A program made the translations under genes and the position numbers. 64,000 nucleotides of DNA. Source: Octopus vulgaris. Taxonomy: Eukaryota. The stretch lies in contig OX597814.1 of assembly GCA_951406725.2 (NCBI GenBank), positions 129,580,001 to 129,644,000 on the forward strand. The letters are read 5' to 3'. The notes under the pieces are model-generated. The model saw nothing but the letters and a program-made list of their open reading frames with translations. It did no database searches and was not told the origin of the DNA. Positions 12,361-24,555 of the stretch are shown in pieces. Positions within the stretch are counted from its first letter, which is position 1. Each line of letters starts with the position of its first letter.

Positions 12361-13254
12361 CAATTACATAAGGTATTAAAATCTGCACAAGTTCTGAACA
12401 ATGTAAGCTAAATTCTTTGATCCAAGCAAAAACAAAATCTCAGTAATGCAGGAAACAGGAAAGGTCACTCTCAGAACAGTGGAGTGTAGAGGCAAGATTT
12501 GGGGGTGGGGCAGGGAAGAAAAGAGAGTTATGTAGTGTCATAACTTGTCACATGATTTGGTATGCAACATAAAATTTTGCCTGGTAACAGATTTACTTGG
12601 TGACATGCATGATAATAAAACTAGAGATATTTTGGTGGTAATTCAATCTTAGTTGCCTAACTGGATTTTTCAGTTTGTGTAAAAAGGTGAGTGACTGGAG
12701 AAAATTCAGTAAAGGGGCTGAGAAAAGGGAGCGTACAGAATGGAGCATATATTGAAGGACTGAGAGAAGGGAGAGCAAATTGTGGGGCTGGGAGAAAGGG
12801 CCACATATTGTAGATGCATATTGTAGGACTAGCTAAGGGCAATGAATATATGGTCCTGGCCCTATCCCTGGACAAAATATAGGTGTTTTCTATCTTAAGA
12901 GTTTTGTTGGATTCTAGCGACTGAAATCCCAGTTAATTTGTTTTAAGCAAAAAGGAATGCAGTGTAAATAATGGACAAAGTCAAGACTATTGAAAAGGTT
13001 GCAAGACAATGAAAATTTTAGGAAAATAAAAATAAGGAATAAGTGGAAATTTTACTGGTGAGTGTGTTACATTATAAGGCACAAAAAGAAAATGACTCTT
13101 CCTAGACACAACAGAATATTCTTCAACACCCGCACTCATATAAAGAATCTTGCAAACCAAATCCCAAAACAAAAAAGTGAGTAATTAATTATGAACTAGA
13201 ACTAAGAAACAAAATGCATTAAAAAAAATAAGCCAACATAATTTCTGTACTTAC

Positions 13255-13392
13255 AGAGCTACTTTTTTGAAAGCAGCAGAATCTTTTTCGAGTAGTTTTA
13301 TTTGCGATTCTAATTGCAAAATTGAGGTGTAAACATCTGGTAGGAGAAAGGGAGTAGCATTTGATACCATGCCCTTTTGTTCCATTTCATAC
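13255..13392 (-). CDS. SPAG16: SPAG16 coding exon 5 (YEMEQKG...LPDVYTSILQLESQIKLLEKDSAAFKKVA)
   Basis: Acceptor ccgctacag, donor CT|gtaagt; 138 nt, phase 2-2; WYE-x-x-QKG and PDVY motifs of SPAG16. Confidence 0.92.
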
Positions 13393-13799
13393 CTGTAGCG
13401 GGAGATAAGAAGTAAAAATGGTGAATGTGACCAAAACTGAGATTAGCAGCTTTGAGACATTTACATTGCAGACTTCATATTTTGAATTTAAATCCTTCAA
13501 GAGTTGAGACTTGTTTTTCGGGCCTCACAATAAAATTCTATAAAACATGGCAAAGTAATATTTTACTGGGGTCCATTCAATTGATTATACATTTATTTAG
13601 GAAAGAGATTATTTCACAATGTAACTGTCACCAAGGGACACCACATATTTAAAAAAAACGATTATAGTATTACTGAAAAAAAATTGGGGGCTTTGTAACT
13701 GACTCCTCAAAAGAAATCTCAAAATATCAATGATTGTCTGTATTTTAATCATTAATTCTATAATGTAGTCTGCCATGGTAATTAAACTGAAAAGCATTA

Positions 13800-14237
13800 T
13801 CTATTTCTTTATTGCCTACAGGGGCCTAAACATAGAGGGGACAAACAAGGACAGACAAACGGATTAAATCGATTATATCGACCCCAGCGCGTAACTGGTA
13901 CTTATTTAATCCTCCCCGAAAGAATGAAAGGCAAAGTCGACCTTGGCAGAATTTGAACTCAGAACATAACGGCAGATGAAATACCTATTTCTTTACTACC
14001 CACAAGGGGCTACACACAGAGGGGACAAGCAAGGACAGACAAACGGATGCAAGGACAGACAAATGGATTAAGTCGATTATATCGACCCCAGTGCATAACC
14101 GGTACTTATTTAATCGACCCCGAAAGGATGAAAGGTAAAGTTGACCTCAGCGGAATTTGAAATCAGAACGTAACAGCAGACGAAATACCGCTTAGCATTT
14201 TGCCTGGCATGCTAACGATTCTGCCAGCTCACTGCCC
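13800..14237 (-). mobile_element. SINE family B with internally duplicated body
   Basis: Two tandem copies of the ctatttcttt...gaaaggcaaagtcgacc...gaaatacc unit; tRNA-like head at the right end. Confidence 0.8.
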
Positions 14238-14932
14238 TAAAAAAACATTATCATCATTCACAAGCAAATCATGACTTTATATCACGTACTATGCTTTTGC
14301 TAATGGTTTCAGGCGCTTTTGAGGTCATAGATACCCACTCATCTCTTCTATCCTTCATCTAGCAGAACATCAAGGATGAGAGAAAGAGTGAGAGAGAGAG
14401 AGAGAGAGAGAGGATGTACACATGATGGCAGATACTCCTTTCAGCTTAGACAGGAGCAATATAAAATGGAGTATCTTGCTCAAGGATACAACATCCAGCA
14501 CTGTCCAGGAATTGAACCCTTGACTTTAGGATTCAGGGTGTAACACTTTAACCCTTAGGCAATGTGCTTCACTGCAGAGTAATTAGTATTATTACATATC
14601 ACGAACCCTATAATGTGGTGATAATTGTCCAGGAATGGCTTCAAAATGTCAGTATTCTCACTTGAATTGCTAATGTTATATTAAAGGATATTGAATATTA
14701 CACTCCCAAATTTCAAAAAACGTTGATGTATTACGAGCCAACACATCTACGTGGTTGTTATACTTGCTAGAAATAGAAAATAGGTGTCCCTCAAATTGAT
14801 CCTACTCTAAAAAATGGAAGGATATTTTGGATAATATATACATAAAAAAAACCCCAAAATGTTTAGAGCAACATAAAAGGAATAATTTCCATTTTCATGA
14901 AGGCAATATTATAATTTCCGTAAGGTTTAGAC

Positions 14933-15321
14933 TCTCTTTTACTTGTTTCAGACATCTGACTGCGGCCATGCTGGAGCACCGCCTTCAGTCGAGCAAATCG
15001 GTCCCAAGACTTATTCTCTGTAAGCCTAGTACTTATTCTATCAGTCTCTTTTTCCAAACCGCTAAGTTACAGGGATGTAAACACACCAGCATCGGTTGTC
15101 AAGCGATGTTGGGGGGACAAACACAGACACACAAACATACATACATATACATACATAGGACGGGCTTCTTTCAGTTTCCGTCTACCAAATCCACTCACAA
15201 GGCTTTGGTCAGCCTGAGGCTATAGTAGAAGACACTTGCCCAAGGTGCCACGCAGTGGGAATGAACCTGAAACCATGTGGTTGGTAAGCAAGCTACGTAC
15301 CACACAGCCACTCCTCCGCCT
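14933..15321 (-). mobile_element. SINE family A, full length
   Basis: Near-identical to the reverse complement of 2734-3130. Confidence 0.88.
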
Positions 15322-15369
15322 GACAATCATTTCTCAACTATGAGGTTTTGGGCTCAGTCCCACTTTGTG

Positions 15370-15895
15370 ATTGAACGTGGCTTAGTGGTTAGGGTGTTCA
15401 TGTTCTGATCATAAGGTCATAAGTTCCAAATGAGGCATTACACTTTTTTTCACATTGCTCCAGTCCAGTCAACTGGCAAAAATGAGTAGTACCTGTAATT
15501 AAGCAAGGGCCAGCCTTGTCACATTCTGTGTCATATTGAATCTCTGTCAGAACTACATGAAGGTTACATGTGTCTGTGGAGTATTCAGCCACTTGCATGT
15601 TAATTTCACAAGCAGGCTGTTTCATTGATCAGATCAACTTGAATACTCAAGTTAGCATGCTGGGTGAAATGCTTAGCGGTATTTCATTTGCCGCTATGTT
15701 ATGAGTTCAAATTCCGCCGAGGTCGACTTTGCCTTTCATCCTTTTGGGATCGATTAAATAAGTACCAGTTATGCACTGGGGTCAATTAAATAAGTACCAG
15801 TTACACACTGGGGTCAATATAATCGACTTAATCTGTTTGTCTGTCTTTGTTTGTCCCCTCTCTGTGTAGCCCCTTGTGGGCAGTAAAGAAATAAG
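15370..15895 (+). mobile_element. Adjacent or nested SINE fragments (tRNA-head SINE, then family B)
   Basis: gtggcttagtggttagg head at ~15378; family B body at 15650-15895. Confidence 0.65.
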
Positions 15896-16369
15896 ATCAA
15901 CTGGAACACTCATTCTAACCAATGGAGTACCAGTTTCCCACTTCGTGGCACCATGAGCAAAGTCATGTGAGTGGATTTGGCAGATGGAAGCTGAATGAAG
16001 CCTCTTGTACACATATAACATACATATGTGTATGTATGCATGTATATGTGCATGTGCATGTGTGTGTGTGTGTGTGCACGCATGTGTGTGTGTATATTTG
16101 TGCCTCCTTCTCTTGACATGGCATGATAGTTGCAAATGAGTCTCACTGTTATACAAGTGGTGTTATGTTTTTCCAGTCTCCTGTGAAAATATGTTCAGGC
16201 ATGGGAAAATATTACCTTGATGGAAACAAGGATTGGTGGAAGGATAGGCATTTGGGTCTAGAAAATCTGCCCCAACAAACTGCATCCACTCATGCAAGCA
16301 TGGAAAGTAGACGTTAAAATGATGGTGATGATGTTTCCTTACACTAGAACTGCTCAAACTTAATAACAA

Positions 16370-16915
16370 AATCAAAATCAAAATCAAATTCAATGACTGT
16401 CATCCGTGCCAGCGGGGTGCAAAAAGTACCATACAAGTGTGATTGTTGACAGAGCGGCTAACCAGCTTCCGTGCCAGGCACCAGTCGAGTGTCATTGTTG
16501 CCAGCGTCGCCTTACTGGCACTTGTGCCCATGCTAGTAGGGTGCTAAGAGCACCATCCGAGCGTGATCGTTGCCAGAGCGGCCAACTGGCTTCCGTGCCA
16601 ATGGCACGTAAAAGGCATCATTCGAGCATGATCATTACCAGCATCGCCTCACTGGCACCTATGCCGGTGGCATGTGTAAAAAGATTTAAGCAAGGTCGTT
16701 GCCAGTATTGCCTTACTGACCCCCATGCCGGTGGCATGTAAAAGCACCCTCTACACTCTCAGAGTGGTTGGCGTTAGGAAGGGCATCCAGCTGTAGAATC
16801 TCTGCCAGATCAAGATTGGAGCCTGGTGCAGCCATCTGGTTCACCAGCCCTCAGTCAAATCGTCCAACCTATGCAAGCATGGAAAGCAGACGTTAAATGA
16901 TGATGATGATGATGA
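16370..16915 (+). mobile_element. Family D RTE-tailed element
   Basis: Reverse complement of 5805-6290; ends gcatggaaagcagacgttaaatgatgatgat. Confidence 0.78.
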
Positions 16916-17041
16916 ATATATTTGACTGAATTAATTCCAGTAAAACCTGGTACTTATTGTATTGAATACAGAAAGGTGAATGAGTCAATTCCTGACAAAA
17001 TTCAGATTCATTTTATCTAAAGTTTTCAAATATTTCCTTAC

Positions 17042-17178
17042 CATTCTGTTTGGAAAGCATTTAGTGTTTTCCTCATTTTCATCTGTGCTAAAAAGTTGCA
17101 AATGAAATCATCCACCGTTTCAGGAATTTCTTTGACTGATGCCTCTGGACTTTCACTAACATCTTGTGGTTCAGTCAA
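17042..17178 (-). CDS. SPAG16: SPAG16 coding exon 4 (LTEPQ...PETVDDFICNFLAQMKMRKTLNAFQTEW), LisH-like motif
   Basis: Acceptor ctactttaaacag, donor TG|gtaagg; 137 nt, phase 0-2; resembles SPAG16 PEVVEDFLCNFLIKMGMTRTLDCFQSEW. Confidence 0.92.
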
Positions 17179-17339
17179 CTGTTTAAAGTAGGAGAAAATT
17201 TAAAGAGAAGATGCTGTTATCAGTTTCTTCATATATGGCATAAAATTAAAACATAATTCTAAGGCAGTTAAATCAACTCTTTAGCATTCGGATTACTCTG
17301 TCAAATGTAATGCTTAGTTGTGTTTTTCTTTTTTTTTTC

Positions 17340-17651
17340 TTTTACTTGTTTCAGTCATTTGACTGTGGCCATGCTGGAGCACCGCCTTTAGTCGAGCAAA
17401 TCGACCCCAAGACTTTTTCTTTGTAAGCCTAGTACTTATTCTATTGGTCTCTTTTGCCAAACCGCTAAGTTATGGGGACGTAAACACACCAGCATTGGTT
17501 GTCAAGCGATGTTGGTGGGGACAAACAGAGACACACAAACACACACACACACACACATATATACATATATACGATGGGCTTCTTTCAGTTTCTGTCTACC
17601 AAATCCACTCACAAGGCTTTGGTCGGCCTGAGGCTATAGTAGAAGACACTT
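17340..17651 (-). mobile_element. SINE family A (head truncated)
   Basis: Same body and tail as the other copies. Confidence 0.82.
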
Positions 17652-17949
17652 GAACAGGAGCCAGTCCAGTGGCACTGGCAATGCCCTCACTCAAATGTTG
17701 TTTGTATGTCATTATTCAGTTTATTTCAACATTTCTTGCCAATAGAGAAAGAACCGGTTTCTAACCCAGATTGGAGTCTCCTTCATTGAAATTTCAACAT
17801 CAACAACAGGGCATTTTTGCTTGTATATATGTATGTATTAATGTTTTGCTTAGGCATAGTGATACTGATAACATGGTGCTAGAACTCATTATATGCTTCA
17901 GAATAAAGTATTTGTTGGGTTCAGAGCAAAATGAGAGATTATATAAATG

Positions 17950-18099
17950 CCAAGGGAACAGGAAATTATGCAATGAACTTCAATAGCTTACAGCTGTTTC
18001 TGCAAGAAGGTGCAGTACACTCAGCTCTGATGTATTGCATCTTATATTAGAAACAGGTGTAAGCTAATGAACTTCAATGCGTCATTTCCCATTCCTTTG
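17950..18099. repeat. Inverted repeat of probable Penelope-like element terminus with degenerate hammerhead ribozyme core
   Basis: Arms ~17950-18008 and ~18041-18099 are reverse complements; AGCT-CTGATG...GAAAC-AGGT-GTA-AGCT at 18023-18065. Confidence 0.55.
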
Positions 18100-18359
18100 T
18101 CTCTTATTTAATTCAACACACACACACACACGCACACATGACAAACTTTTGCAGTATTTGTCAAATAATTTCCCCTCACAAGGTATTGGTCAACCTGTGG
18201 CTAAAGTATTGAACTAAGTTGACAATGTACACACAGTGAGGCCAGCTCTAAATTACATAGTCCCAATACAAACATCTTAACTGACTACCACCCATACCTG
18301 CATCCACCACCACCACCACTACAGCCTAAGTTATTTTACATCAGAAAATTACATTTTAA

Positions 18360-18676
18360 AAAATTTATTTATGCACCCTTTTCAAGCCTAGCCAGGCTCA
18401 TGGGCCCAGTTTCTTGGTTTCTATGGCATATGTGTTCCCCCCAGCTGGACAGGATGCCAGTCCATCACAGCATTACTCCAGAAACAGGAAGAAAGAGTGA
18501 GAGAAAGTTGGGGCGAAAGTGTACAACAGGGGTCGCCACCACCCCCTGCCGGAGCCTCATGGAGCTTTAGGTGTTTTTGCTCAACAAACACACGCAACGC
18601 CCGGTCTGGGAATTGAAATTGCGATCCTCCGACCGCGAGTCTGTTGCCCTAACCACTGGGCCATTGCGCCTCCACA
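18360..18676 (-). mobile_element. tRNA-derived SINE, family C
   Basis: Head gtggaggcgcaatggcccagtggttaggg...tttcaattccc; other copies at 27766, 32019, 33540. Confidence 0.82.
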
Positions 18677-18712
18677 CAAAAGTACATAAGATACAATAAA
18701 ACAGAAGATTAC

Positions 18713-18786
18713 ACTAGATGCTGAACTGATCTTCTCTTTCTCTTCTACTTTCAGACACTTCAAAAGTGTGTTAAAATCTTCACTCC
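18713..18786 (-). CDS. SPAG16: SPAG16 coding exon 3 (SEDFNTLLKCLKVEEKEKISSASS)
   Basis: Acceptor ttatgcttgcag, donor AGT|gtaatc; 74 nt, phase 1-0, bridging exons 2 and 4 exactly; GSEDF aligns with recalled GEEDL of SPAG16. Confidence 0.8.
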
Positions 18787-18876
18787 CTGCAAGCATAAAT
18801 GAGTTATATCATTAATAAAGAGATTAATTATACTTGACATTTTATAATAACAAAAATAGTAATGATGATGATGATG

Positions 18877-18911
<35 letters not shown>

Positions 18912-18912
<1 letters not shown>

Positions 18913-19826
18913 TTGAGAGGGATTCTTTGGAGTTTGAATGGTTCACCTCTGGAAACATAGGTGTTTCGTTCAACATCCTAAAGCAACCCTTATTCAGGGA
19001 CCGTTTGAGCAGGATGGGCTACTCAACCTGAAGAAAATTCTAACTGGGCCCCACCTGCAAGGTCATGTGCTGTTTATCTTGATATGAGATCACCATGTCG
19101 CGCACATATGGTTGTGATGCATGTGCCTGGTGTACCTTTATCAGACGGGTAGTCATGATGGGTATATTGGGCTTCGTATATTTTACCCCAGTGTCACTTT
19201 GATGGCATGCACTGCTCTCTCACTCAATAATAATAATAATAATAATAATAAATCATAATAATCATGATAATAAATGCCCTGATGCAGTACCAAGCAATGG
19301 CTCTCATGGCTTCTCATCTTAACTGATTGGAAGTGTTATCATGTACATTTTGTCTTGGTATAAAAGATGGGCTACAGCAAATATTCTGCTCAATACCACA
19401 GATTTGCTTGTCAGTTGCTTGATCTTAACCAGTTGAGCATGTCCCTTAGCGGCTGATGATATGTGCATCTCTGATCACAAGCAGAAGTAGCTGGGGAGCA
19501 TCATAGCCATGTGTTAAGAGAAATTCGTTGGGGTTTGGATAATTCACCTCTGGAAACATGGGTGTTTCATTCATCATCCTTAAACAACCCTTATTCAGGG
19601 ACCTTTTGAGTAGGATGGGCTATTCAACATGAAGAAAATTCTAACTGGGCCCCACTTGCAATGTCATATGCTGTTTATCTTGATATGAGATCACCATGTC
19701 GCACACATATAGTTGTGATGCATGTGCCTGGTGTACCCTTATCAGATGGGTCGTCATGATGGGTATACTGGGCTTCATATATTTTACCCCAGAGTCACTT
19801 TGATAGTATGAACTACTCTCTCACTC
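18912..19826 (+). mobile_element. Two tandem 3' fragments of one (AAT)n-tailed retroelement
   Basis: 18912-19225 and ~19510-19826 are near-identical; each ends ctcactcaataataa and sits in AAT microsatellite. Confidence 0.7.
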
Positions 19827-19985
19827 AATAATAATAATAATAATCCTTTCTACTGGAGGCACAAGGCCTGAGATTTGGAAGGAGGGGACTAGTTGATTAC
19901 ATCAACCCCAGTATTTTACTGGTATTTAATTTATCGACCCCGAAAGGATGAAAGGCAAAGTCGACCTCAACGGAATAATAATAAT

Positions 19986-20340
19986 AACTAGCACTATGAC
20001 CCGGGTCATAGTGCTAGTGCATGCATATACAGCTGCGTGCGTGCACACATAGACGTGAGTACTGTCCAAATCTCCGACCAATCACATACAGCTAGCTGGC
20101 ATTCAATTGGCGTATCAAGTTTTGGGTATTTTGATTGGGTTTTGGATAGAAAATTTTTTTAAAAGTCACTTCTATTGATTTTTAATGGCTTTGCAGGGTG
20201 ACTGGGGAAATGTAAAGATGTGCACGACCACCCTTGAACGGTTTTGAATGACCATAGAAAGTGTGAGCCCTCTAACTGAAAAATTGTGGATTTGTATAAA
20301 GGATACATATACAGGCATTTTGCCATTTATATATAGAGAT
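19986..20340 (+). mobile_element. Non-autonomous Helentron/HINE-like element
   Basis: Starts actagcactatgacccgggtcatagtgctagt (palindrome) and ends tttatatatagagat; same terminal design as 24556-24935. Confidence 0.5.
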
Positions 20341-20343
20341 AAA

Positions 20344-20402
<59 letters not shown>

Positions 20403-20438
20403 TGATAATAATGATGATGATGATGATGATGATAATAT

Positions 20439-20469
<31 letters not shown>

Positions 20470-21065
20470 GAACGGAATATCAAAAACATCTAGATAATAT
20501 CCCAGGAGAACCATGTCTCAGAGAAATCCAAAAGATTGTACCAACAAGTAGTGCCCACATCCTTAAAAAAATCCTATCAATTGAAATGTCTGTGTTGTGC
20601 TACATGAAAATATTTCACTACTGTCTCTGCCACTTACCCTCCCCAAACTTTCAGTCATACTGTAACATCTCTTGTCCTTCACTCACCCAAGGACACTGGA
20701 TGTGTCTGGGCAAGTGATTGTAACAAACATGCAGATTAAAAGTAAATAATGATAATAATAATTATTAGCAAAGCACCAGGACCAAACTACTGAGTTACTG
20801 AGGCTATGGAAAGTGCAGATAAAATGTATCCATGTAGTTATATGTGCATTAGGAACTATCCCTAAAGATTTGAACAGAGGAAATGGGCATAAAACCTAGT
20901 TTGGTACAGCTCCAGAAAACAGTGTTATTAGGGATAGCTAGGATACTTAGGAAGGTTTTTAGCATCTTAGATTACTTGTTGTTGCCCATGTTAGGAATTT
21001 TACTTTTCCAACAGTTTAACCTGTTGTGTGTATGTGGAATAATAATAATATAAATAATAATAATG

Positions 21066-21154
<89 letters not shown>

Positions 21155-21155
<1 letters not shown>

Positions 21156-22213
21156 GGGAACAGAAACCTCTCCATGGCAAGTATGTGCCTGTAGCAAACA
21201 AGCTGATGTCGACCAGAACCACACGCACCAATGGTTACGAAGCTCAGGGCTAAAAGCAGAGAGTGAAGGTTTCATATTAGCTGCTCAAGACCAAAGCTTA
21301 TTAACCTGGAACTACCAAGCCAATGTGATGAAAAATGGAGCTGACCCAAAATGCCGATTCTGTAACGATGAGATTGAAACAATAGACCACCTAATCTCAG
21401 GGTGTAGAGTCTTAGCACCTGCAGAATATAAAGCAAGACATGACAGAGTCGGCCAGTATTTACATTGGACAATATGTTGGCATTATAAAATCAAAACCAC
21501 TGACAAATGGTATAAACATCATCCTGAAGCTGTGACTGAGGGAGAAAATGTGTCGATTCTATGGGACTTCCCCGTGCAGACCGACAGGACTATAAAAGCT
21601 AATAAACCGGACATTATTATAAAAGATCAGACAAAAAGGATGTGTTTATTAATTGACATGAGTATTCCCTGTGATCACAATATAGCGGTGAAAGAATTTG
21701 ACAAGATTAGTAAATATAAAGACCTGCTAATAGAAATGAAAAAAATGTGGCATCTCAAGGTGACTACAGTACCAGTGATTGTAGGATCTCTAGGAATGAT
21801 AAAAAAAGGTACTGAAACCTATTTGAAAATGATTCCAGGCTTACCATCCCTACAGAAAGTGCGAAAAATCGTATTAACTGGAATGGCTCATGTACTGAGA
21901 AGAGCACTATAGCTGTGAAAATAACATCCATCCATGAATTTATTTATTTATTAATTTTTAAATACATATTTTATCTGTGTAATCTGGGAATGCATGCAAT
22001 GCCCTTCTCTACCCTAGGTGTATGGAAAACACTCGGTGAGGAACGGAAGAAAATTTGAATAAAGAAGGAAAATACTGGGCACTGCACACATCCTATGCAA
22101 AACACTTTCAACACAGTAACCATCAGAGCATCACAACAAATCACAGCACATACCCAAGGCACACAAAGCTGTGTTCGGTAGTGAAGTGAAAGCACGTTAT
22201 AAAAATAAAACTA

Positions 22214-22220
<7 letters not shown>
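21155..22220 (+). mobile_element. 5'-truncated R4/Dong-clade non-LTR retrotransposon (CCHC knuckle plus restriction-like endonuclease)
   Basis: ORF 21325-21912: CRFC-x7-H-x4-C, RHDRV, WDF...KPDII, LID...KxxKY; upstream EGFILAAQDQ; (AAT)n on both sides, consistent with Dong targeting TAA repeats. Confidence 0.88.
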
Positions 22221-22257
<37 letters not shown>

Positions 22258-22480
22258 ACTGGAAAAGGTAATGGATGAAAAGAAGGCAAAAATCCTCTGG
22301 GACTTTGACTTCTAGACAGACAAGGTATTAGAGCACTGAAGGCTGGATATAGTAACCTTCAGGAAGGACTAACAAGAGTGCCTAATAATTGATGTGGTAG
22401 TGCCAGGAGATCAACATAACATCATGAGAAACAGAGAAAAGGTTGATAAATATGGAAACCTCAGAATTGAGATTGCTCTG
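22258..22480 (+). mobile_element. Second R4/Dong-like endonuclease fragment
   Basis: Translates KILWDFDF*TDKVL...DIV...CLIIDVVVPGD...EKVDKY with stops; follows an (AAT)n tract. Confidence 0.7.
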
Positions 22481-22604
22481 GTCTAGGCGAAATTTGAACT
22501 CAGAATATAAAGGCAGACGAACTATTGCAAAGCCAGCTCGCCTCATTGTTTAGAATTAATATTAAAATTACAGATGTTCAGATAAGTAAAATATGGTGTC
22601 TTAC

Positions 22605-22682
22605 CTAATGATATAGCATCTTCATTAATGGAAAGCTCTTCATATTTATAATTTTCATCACAATCATCACTGTAATTTTCCG
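22605..22682 (-). CDS. SPAG16: SPAG16 coding exon 2 (ENYSDDCDENYKYEELSINEDAISL)
   Basis: Acceptor ...ttctttgactaatcacttcag, donor G|gtaaga; 78 nt, phase 1-1; acidic YKYEE segment like SPAG16 YEYEE. Confidence 0.85.
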   Translation of the reverse strand, partial: RKITVMIVMKIINMKSFPLMKMLYH

Positions 22683-23164
22683 CTGAAGTGATTAGTCAAA
22701 GAAGCAAAGCTGGTATAGTAGTTTAGCCCCAGGGTAACCTTGGTCAAGTAAACCTAAAATTAACTGTTTAGCATTTAGATTACTTTGTGAAATGTAAAAC
22801 CTGTTTAATCAGCCGGCTGCCAACATGTTTTTCTGTAAAATAGGGGTAGATTACCTTGTTTAGGCTATATTATTACGGTCATCATAATTTGAATTTAACA
22901 TATGATAGTGTCTCATAAAGCGAGATTTCTATGTATCTTAAATTTGCAGAATCACGGAGGTGTGAGTTCGAATCTCATAGCCAGCTGCTCAACACTTTTT
23001 TCTGCAAAATAGGGGTAGCTTATCCTGTTCAGGCTATATTATTAGCATTATCCTGCGTTTGAGAATTTAAAATCACTTCTTTAACTTTCTAAGACATCTC
23101 AACATCGGTTGTCAAACGATGGGAGGGGGGAGCAAACACAGACACACAAACACACACACACACC

Positions 23165-24001
23165 TATACGATTTGAAATGACTCCAACCAACTGTGAAAC
23201 ATGGCGGTATCTCTGTAATGGTATGGGGTGCTCTCATAAGCATTGGTCGTTCTGAGTTGATCGAATGTGTTGGAAAAATAAATTCTGAAAACTTCATTGA
23301 AATATTTAACCCTTTAGCATTCAAACCAGCCATATCCGACCAAAATATTTAACCTGTTTTATATTGAAACTGACCAGATCTCGCCTCTCACCTCAGCCCT
23401 ACCATGTCCATTCTAAAACTAAAAAATCACATCACTGAAATCTATAAATTACAAGATAATGCATGATTAATTCAAACCATTTTAAATAAACAAACATCAC
23501 ATTTGACAGAATAATCTGAACACTAAAGGGTTAAGCAAGGAGTACTTCCGATGTATTCACAAGATAACATAACAAAAAATGAGTTTTTATTCATGGAAGA
23601 TGGGGCTCCATGCCATACAGCTAAAAGGAATCAACAATGGCTGACTGAAAATGGGATCAAAAAGCTTCCCTGGCTGAGCCAATCTCCTGACATGAACCCA
23701 ATTGAAAATCTTTGGAGCATACAAGATTGAGCTATATGGAAAGCTCAACAGAAACCTAAGTATAAAGATGAATTGTTTTGATTGTTGCGTGAAAAGTGGG
23801 CAGAAATCCATAAGAGACAATCACAAAACCCCTCAGTTCAATGCCAAAAAGAATTTCTGAATTAAAAACTGCAAAGGGAATGTCAACTAAATACTAAAGT
23901 ATGGAGTCCTACCTATCGATTACATTTCAATTGTTTGTTTTGCATATTAAATAAAAGATTTTGAAAATTAAAGGTGTCTATTTACTTCCTGCATGTCTGT
24001 G
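23165..24001 (+). pseudogene. Degenerate Tc1 transposase 3' half with right end
   Basis: [42 protein letters not shown] motifs; terminus ...catgtctgtg shared with the element at 54034. Confidence 0.85.
23310..23530. mobile_element. piggyBac-type MITE inserted into the Tc1 relic
   Basis: TTAA at 23306-23309 and 23531-23534; ends CCCTTTAG...CTAAAGGG; removing it restores the Tc1 reading (EIFKQGVLP). Confidence 0.85.
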
Positions 24002-24014
24002 TGTATATATATAT

Positions 24015-24206
24015 ATTAAAATTATAATAATGGTGATGAATGATTACAACACCAGTCTGCTAGAAATAGACTCCAAATGGTCAAGGAATCACTCGCTTAC
24101 AACCTTGTGTTATGGAGTAATAATCTAAGTGGTTCCTAGACCATTTGGGGTCTATTTCTAGCAGACTGGCATTGTAATCATTCAACACCCTTATTATGAT
24201 TTTAAT
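24015..24206. repeat. ~78-bp inverted repeat next to (TA)n, Penelope-like terminus
   Basis: Arms 24015-24093 and 24128-24206 are reverse complements with a few mismatches. Confidence 0.7.
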
Positions 24207-24555
24207 ATGAATTAACTATTATGGTATTTTAGTATGCTGGCCAATGATAAATCATTAAATAATGACTTTATCCTAATTATGTATAATATATATATATATA
24301 TATATACATACACATTTTATACGGGATATATGTATGTATATATATGTGCATATATATAGTTGAAATTTATAGAAAAACAAAACATGAAAACAGGTGGATG
24401 AACAACAAGTAGGTGTATTAGTTTGATGCTCAGGAAAATGAAAAAGTCTTTTATGTTTTGAGCCTATGCACTTCAACAGAAAGGAATAAGAGAAAATAAA
24501 CAGAGAGAGAATGAAAAAAAAAAACTTGTATATATACATATATATATATATATAT

